Below are positions 60,649 to 64,000 of a stretch of 64,000 nucleotides of DNA, piece by piece. The DNA is from Bacilli bacterium (GTDB taxonomy: Bacteria > Bacillota_I > Bacilli_A > RFN20 > UBA1709). The first letter of the stretch is position 1; the number at the start of each line of letters is the position of its first letter. The position numbers were made by a program, and so were the translations under genes. Under the pieces are notes generated by a model. The model was given only the letters and a program-made list of their open reading frames with translations. It made no database searches and had not been told where the DNA came from. The stretch is taken from NCBI GenBank assembly GCA_050949315.1, contig JBMNFL010000001.1, forward strand, positions 192,001 to 256,000, in the 5' to 3' direction.

Positions 60649-63294
60649 ATGACCAGAGAAATGGCCAGTCGTTACAATCATCATGAAGTGGAAAGCGGTT
60701 GTTATGATTTTTGGTTAGAAAACAAGTGTTTTGAATCAGGAAAAGACTTAAAAAAGCCGCCTTTTTGTATTGTTATTCCCCCACCAAATGTTACCGGAAA
60801 ACTCCATCTAGGGCATGCTTGGGATGGCACTTTACAAGATATGATCATCCGTTATAAGCAGCTTAAAGGTTATGATACTCTTTGGGTTCCCGGCTGTGAT
60901 CATGCCGGCATTGCCACGCAGGCTAAAGTTGAAGAAAAGCTGAGAAAACAAGGGCTTTCTCGCTATGACCTAGGGCGCGAAAAGTTCTTAGAAATCACAT
61001 GGAATTGGAAACATGAATATCATGAATTCATGCTTGAGCAGTGGAGAACTTTGGGCCTTTCATTAGATTACCGTAAGGAAAGATTTACCCTAGATGAGGG
61101 CTTAAGCAAGGCCGTTAGAAAGGTCTTTGTTGAATTATATAATAAAGGACTTATATATAAAGGTTACCGTATTATTAATTGGGATCCTGTACAGAAAACT
61201 GCCTTATCAAATATAGAAGTTATTTATCGGGAAACCGAAAGTCATATGTATTATTTCCGTTATTATTTAGAGGGCTCTAAGGAGAAGTTTTTAGAGGTGG
61301 CCACCACTAGACCCGAAACGATGTTTGGCGATGTCTGCGTGGTTGTACACCCTGAAGATGAGCGTTATTGTTCTTGGATTGGCAAGAATGTTATTAATCC
61401 AGCCAATGGCATGCCTCTTCCTATCATCGCCGATAGTTATGTTGATCGTGAATTTGGAACTGGGGCCATGAAATGTACACCCGCCCACGATCCTAATGAC
61501 TTCTTAATTGGCGAGAAATACGGTTTAGATAAACCTATCTGTATGAATACTGATGGCAGCATGAACGAGATTTGTGGTAAATACCAGGGTCTTGATCGTT
61601 TTGAGTGCCGTGAAGTTCTTTTAAAAGATTGTAAGGCCGCAGGTACGCTTATTAAAATTGAAAAACACCTCAATCAAGTGGGGTATTCTGAAAGATCTAA
61701 GGCTATTGTTGAGCCATATTTGTCGGAGCAATGGTTTGTTAAGATGGAACCTTTAGCTAAACAAGCCTTAGATAATCAAAAAGGCAAGGGAAAAGTGAAT
61801 TTTTATCCTGAACGCTTTGAAAAGATTTTCATAGGTTGGATGAATAATGTTGAAGATTGGTGCATCTCACGTCAATTATGGTGGGGGCATCGCATTCCAG
61901 CTTGGTATCATAAAGAAAGTGGTCAAGTTCAAGTAAGTGTTGAACCACCTAAGGATTTAGAGAACTGGGTGCAAGATGAAGATGTCTTAGATACTTGGTT
62001 TTCTAGTGCTCTTTGGCCATTTTCCACCCTTGGTTGGCCAGATAAAACCGCTGACTTTGAACGTTATTATCCCACCGATGTTTTAGTTACTGGTTATGAC
62101 ATCATCTTTTTCTGGGTTTCAAGGATGATTTTCCAAGCACTGGAGTTTACTAAGAAAAGACCTTTTAAAGATTGTTTGATTCACGGTTTAATTCGTGATG
62201 AGAAGGGTGTGAAGATGAGTAAGTCTTTGGGGAATGTTATTGATCCTATTGATGTGATTGATAGATATGGTGCGGATGCCTTGAGGTATTTCCTAACTAC
62301 TAACTCCGCCCCTGGTTTAGATTTACGCTTCAGTGATGAGAAGATCAATGCCGCTTGGAATTTTATCAACAAGATTTGGAACGCCGCGCGTTTCTGTTTA
62401 ATGAATTTACCAACTGATTATGAATTCAAATCAATTGATTATGCTAATACCAGTATTTTTGATCAACAGATTTTAAGACGTTTAAATGAAACCATTCGCT
62501 CAATGGATGAGGCGATGGAAAAATATGAATTCGTGATAGCAGGTACTTCTTTGTATAATTTCATCTGGGATGATTTCTGCTCAACCTACGTCGAAAGAGT
62601 AAAAATAACCCTAAATAGTGCCGCTTCAAAAACGAAACAAGCAACACAATCCACGATGTTTTATGTTCTCGATGCAATATTGAAGTTGGCTCATCCCTTT
62701 ATTCCCTTTGTTACCGAGAAGATTTATCAAAGTCTTCATAATGGGAAAAAAGGCGCAATAATCGAGTCTTTTTGGCCTAAGGTCAATAAGAAATATGATA
62801 ATGAAGATAACAAATTATTAGCTGATGGGATTAACGATATTATCAAGTCAATTAGGACAATGAAGAATAGTTGTAACATTGCACCCAATAAAAATGTAGA
62901 AATAATTTTAGGTATTGAGGATGAGCAGTTACGAAAGGGCTTAGAAGATAACAAAGTTTATCTTGAGCGTTTCTGTTTTGCTAAGAAGATTACTATTGAT
63001 CAAGAAATCAACACCGAGAAGACTGGAAAGAATTTTGCTCTGAGTGGCATTAACTTACTAATCCCTATGGAAGGTCTAATTGATTTAGATGAGGAAATAG
63101 AAAATCTAAATAAAGAGCTCAATAGACTTGATAGTGAAATCAAACGTTGTGAGTCCATGTTAAATAATCCTAACTTTATTAATAAAGCCCCAACTGAAAA
63201 AGTTGAATCTGAACGTAATAAATTAGCTGATTATCAAGCCAAGAAGGCTAGTGTAGAAGACATTCTTAAGGAGTACATGTCTTGTAAAAGGTAA
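60649..63294 (+). CDS. valS: Valine-tRNA ligase
   Basis: PPPNVTGKLHLGHA, DHAGIATQ, WCISRQLWWGHRIP, KMSKS, C-terminal coiled coil. Confidence 0.98.
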   Translation: MTREMASRYNHHEVESGCYDFWLENKCFESGKDLKKPPFCIVIPPPNVTGKLHLGHAWDGTLQDMIIRYKQLKGYDTLWVPGCDHAGIATQAKVEEKLRKQGLSRYDLGREKFLEITWNWKHEYHEFMLEQWRTLGLSLDYRKERFTLDEGLSKAVRKVFVELYNKGLIYKGYRIINWDPVQKTALSNIEVIYRETESHMYYFRYYLEGSKEKFLEVATTRPETMFGDVCVVVHPEDERYCSWIGKNVINPANGMPLPIIADSYVDREFGTGAMKCTPAHDPNDFLIGEKYGLDKPICMNTDGSMNEICGKYQGLDRFECREVLLKDCKAAGTLIKIEKHLNQVGYSERSKAIVEPYLSEQWFVKMEPLAKQALDNQKGKGKVNFYPERFEKIFIGWMNNVEDWCISRQLWWGHRIPAWYHKESGQVQVSVEPPKDLENWVQDEDVLDTWFSSALWPFSTLGWPDKTADFERYYPTDVLVTGYDIIFFWVSRMIFQALEFTKKRPFKDCLIHGLIRDEKGVKMSKSLGNVIDPIDVIDRYGADALRYFLTTNSAPGLDLRFSDEKINAAWNFINKIWNAARFCLMNLPTDYEFKSIDYANTSIFDQQILRRLNETIRSMDEAMEKYEFVIAGTSLYNFIWDDFCSTYVERVKITLNSAASKTKQATQSTMFYVLDAILKLAHPFIPFVTEKIYQSLHNGKKGAIIESFWPKVNKKYDNEDNKLLADGINDIIKSIRTMKNSCNIAPNKNVEIILGIEDEQLRKGLEDNKVYLERFCFAKKITIDQEINTEKTGKNFALSGINLLIPMEGLIDLDEEIENLNKELNRLDSEIKRCESMLNNPNFINKAPTEKVESERNKLADYQAKKASVEDILKEYMSCKR

Positions 63295-63319
63295 ATATTC
63301 CTAAATGAAGACAACAAGA

Positions 63320-63372
63320 AAACTACTAAAAACAACCTAACATATAACTAAAAACCACTTAAAAACTACTAA
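63320..63372 (+). repeat. Five imperfect 10-11 bp tandem repeats
   Basis: aaactactaa / aaacaacctaa / catataactaa / aaaccacttaa / aaactactaa. Confidence 0.65.
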
Positions 63373-63430
63373 AACACTATTTTTTAGGATTTTAGCCTCT
63401 TTTTGTCTATGTTCTTAATAGGAGGCGATT

Positions 63431-63649
63431 ATGATGACGGATAACGTAATTATTTTGAATAGTGAAGAAGAAAAAAATGTTACCGGTGGTGAAGCTATTA
63501 CGATCGCAGCGGTGGCGGCAGTTTTAGCTATTGGTATTCTTGCTATTGTAGTTTGGAAGATTTATACCTCAAGTAAAGGGGAGGTTAACCTACCTGGTGG
63601 TTTTAAATTCAAATGGGCTTCAATGTTAAGGAATTTGTTTAGAAGGTAA
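63431..63649 (+). CDS. Small peptide with double-glycine-type leader and hydrophobic core
   Basis: SD AGGAGG; LNSEEEKNVTGG leader, then EAITIAAVAAVLAIGILAIVVWK; TAATG overlap with radC. Confidence 0.65.
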   Translation: MMTDNVIILNSEEEKNVTGGEAITIAAVAAVLAIGILAIVVWKIYTSSKGEVNLPGGFKFKWASMLRNLFRR

Positions 63650-64000
63650 TGAAGTTAAAAGATTTCCCATTAAGTGAACGCCCTAGAGAAAAAGCTATAA
63701 GATATGGCATTGAAAGTTTGTCCAATTCTGAATTATTAGCGATTGTATTAAGGACAGGGACCAAGGATGAGTCCGTAATTGAACTTGCAATGAAAATCCT
63801 TGGAAAATTCGACGGAATTCACGGTTTTTCTAGGGCCAGTTATCAAGAATTAATAGAAATAAAGGGTTTAAAGACTGCTAAAGCTTTAGCCCTTTTAACG
63901 CTGATTGAATTTGCAAGGCGAGTTAATCTACAATCTTATGATAAAAGCGAGCAATTAAAAAGCGTTGAAAAGATTTATCATTTATTTGAACCTCAATTAA
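63649..64000 (+). CDS. radC: RadC family (JAB domain) protein, truncated by the window edge
   Basis: Translated by hand: MKLKDFPLSERPREKAIRYGIESLSNSELLAIVLRTG...IKGLKTAKA. Confidence 0.92.
   Translation, partial: MKLKDFPLSERPREKAIRYGIESLSNSELLAIVLRTGTKDESVIELAMKILGKFDGIHGFSRASYQELIEIKGLKTAKALALLTLIEFARRVNLQSYDKSEQLKSVEKIYHLFEPQL

Noticed and set aside
61-62954. Many short ORFs in the track antisense to or overlapping long genes (e.g. 1543-1746, 10653-10961, 26734-27114, 34336-34686, 49742-50131, 53742-54116)
   Set aside because: Shadow ORFs of well-supported genes, with no SD or recognisable motifs.

Overview
Low-GC Bacilli-type chromosome segment using the standard genetic code (TGA is a stop, Trp is TGG). 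Most of it is housekeeping backbone: infC-rpmI-rplT with an L20 leader, T-box-controlled pheST, ileS and valS, tmcAL/DUF177/rpmF, a Mollicutes-like minimal division cluster (mraZ-rsmH-ftsA-ftsZ-sepF), lspA, rluD, rnhC/mutS2/uvrC, tig-lon-engB and a partial radC. Three non-ordinary blocks stand out. (1) A ~12.3 kb insert between trmH and pheS is bounded by an imperfect 27-bp direct repeat. It carries an internally deleted IS remnant, an orphan S-4TM (CBASS-type) effector-like gene and a ~3,070-aa repeat-rich surface protein gene. That gene is split by a 1,120-bp IS481-like element with an unusually long 25-bp target duplication, and it ends in a CLec/DUF6273-like domain with a codon pattern resembling a DGR variable region. 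(2) A jetABC/mksFEB-like SMC operon lacking jetD sits among core genes. (3) An island beside tRNA-Arg encodes a MazG-like pyrophosphatase, a DUF2075 nuclease-helicase, an Xre HTH protein and a Fic protein, followed by a second copy of the IS and a 5'-truncated BspA-type LRR gene. Smaller signals include a parS-like 16-mer inside the MraZ boxes and a double-glycine-leader peptide coupled to radC behind helically phased repeats. All family assignments come from motif recognition by eye; no database searches were run.
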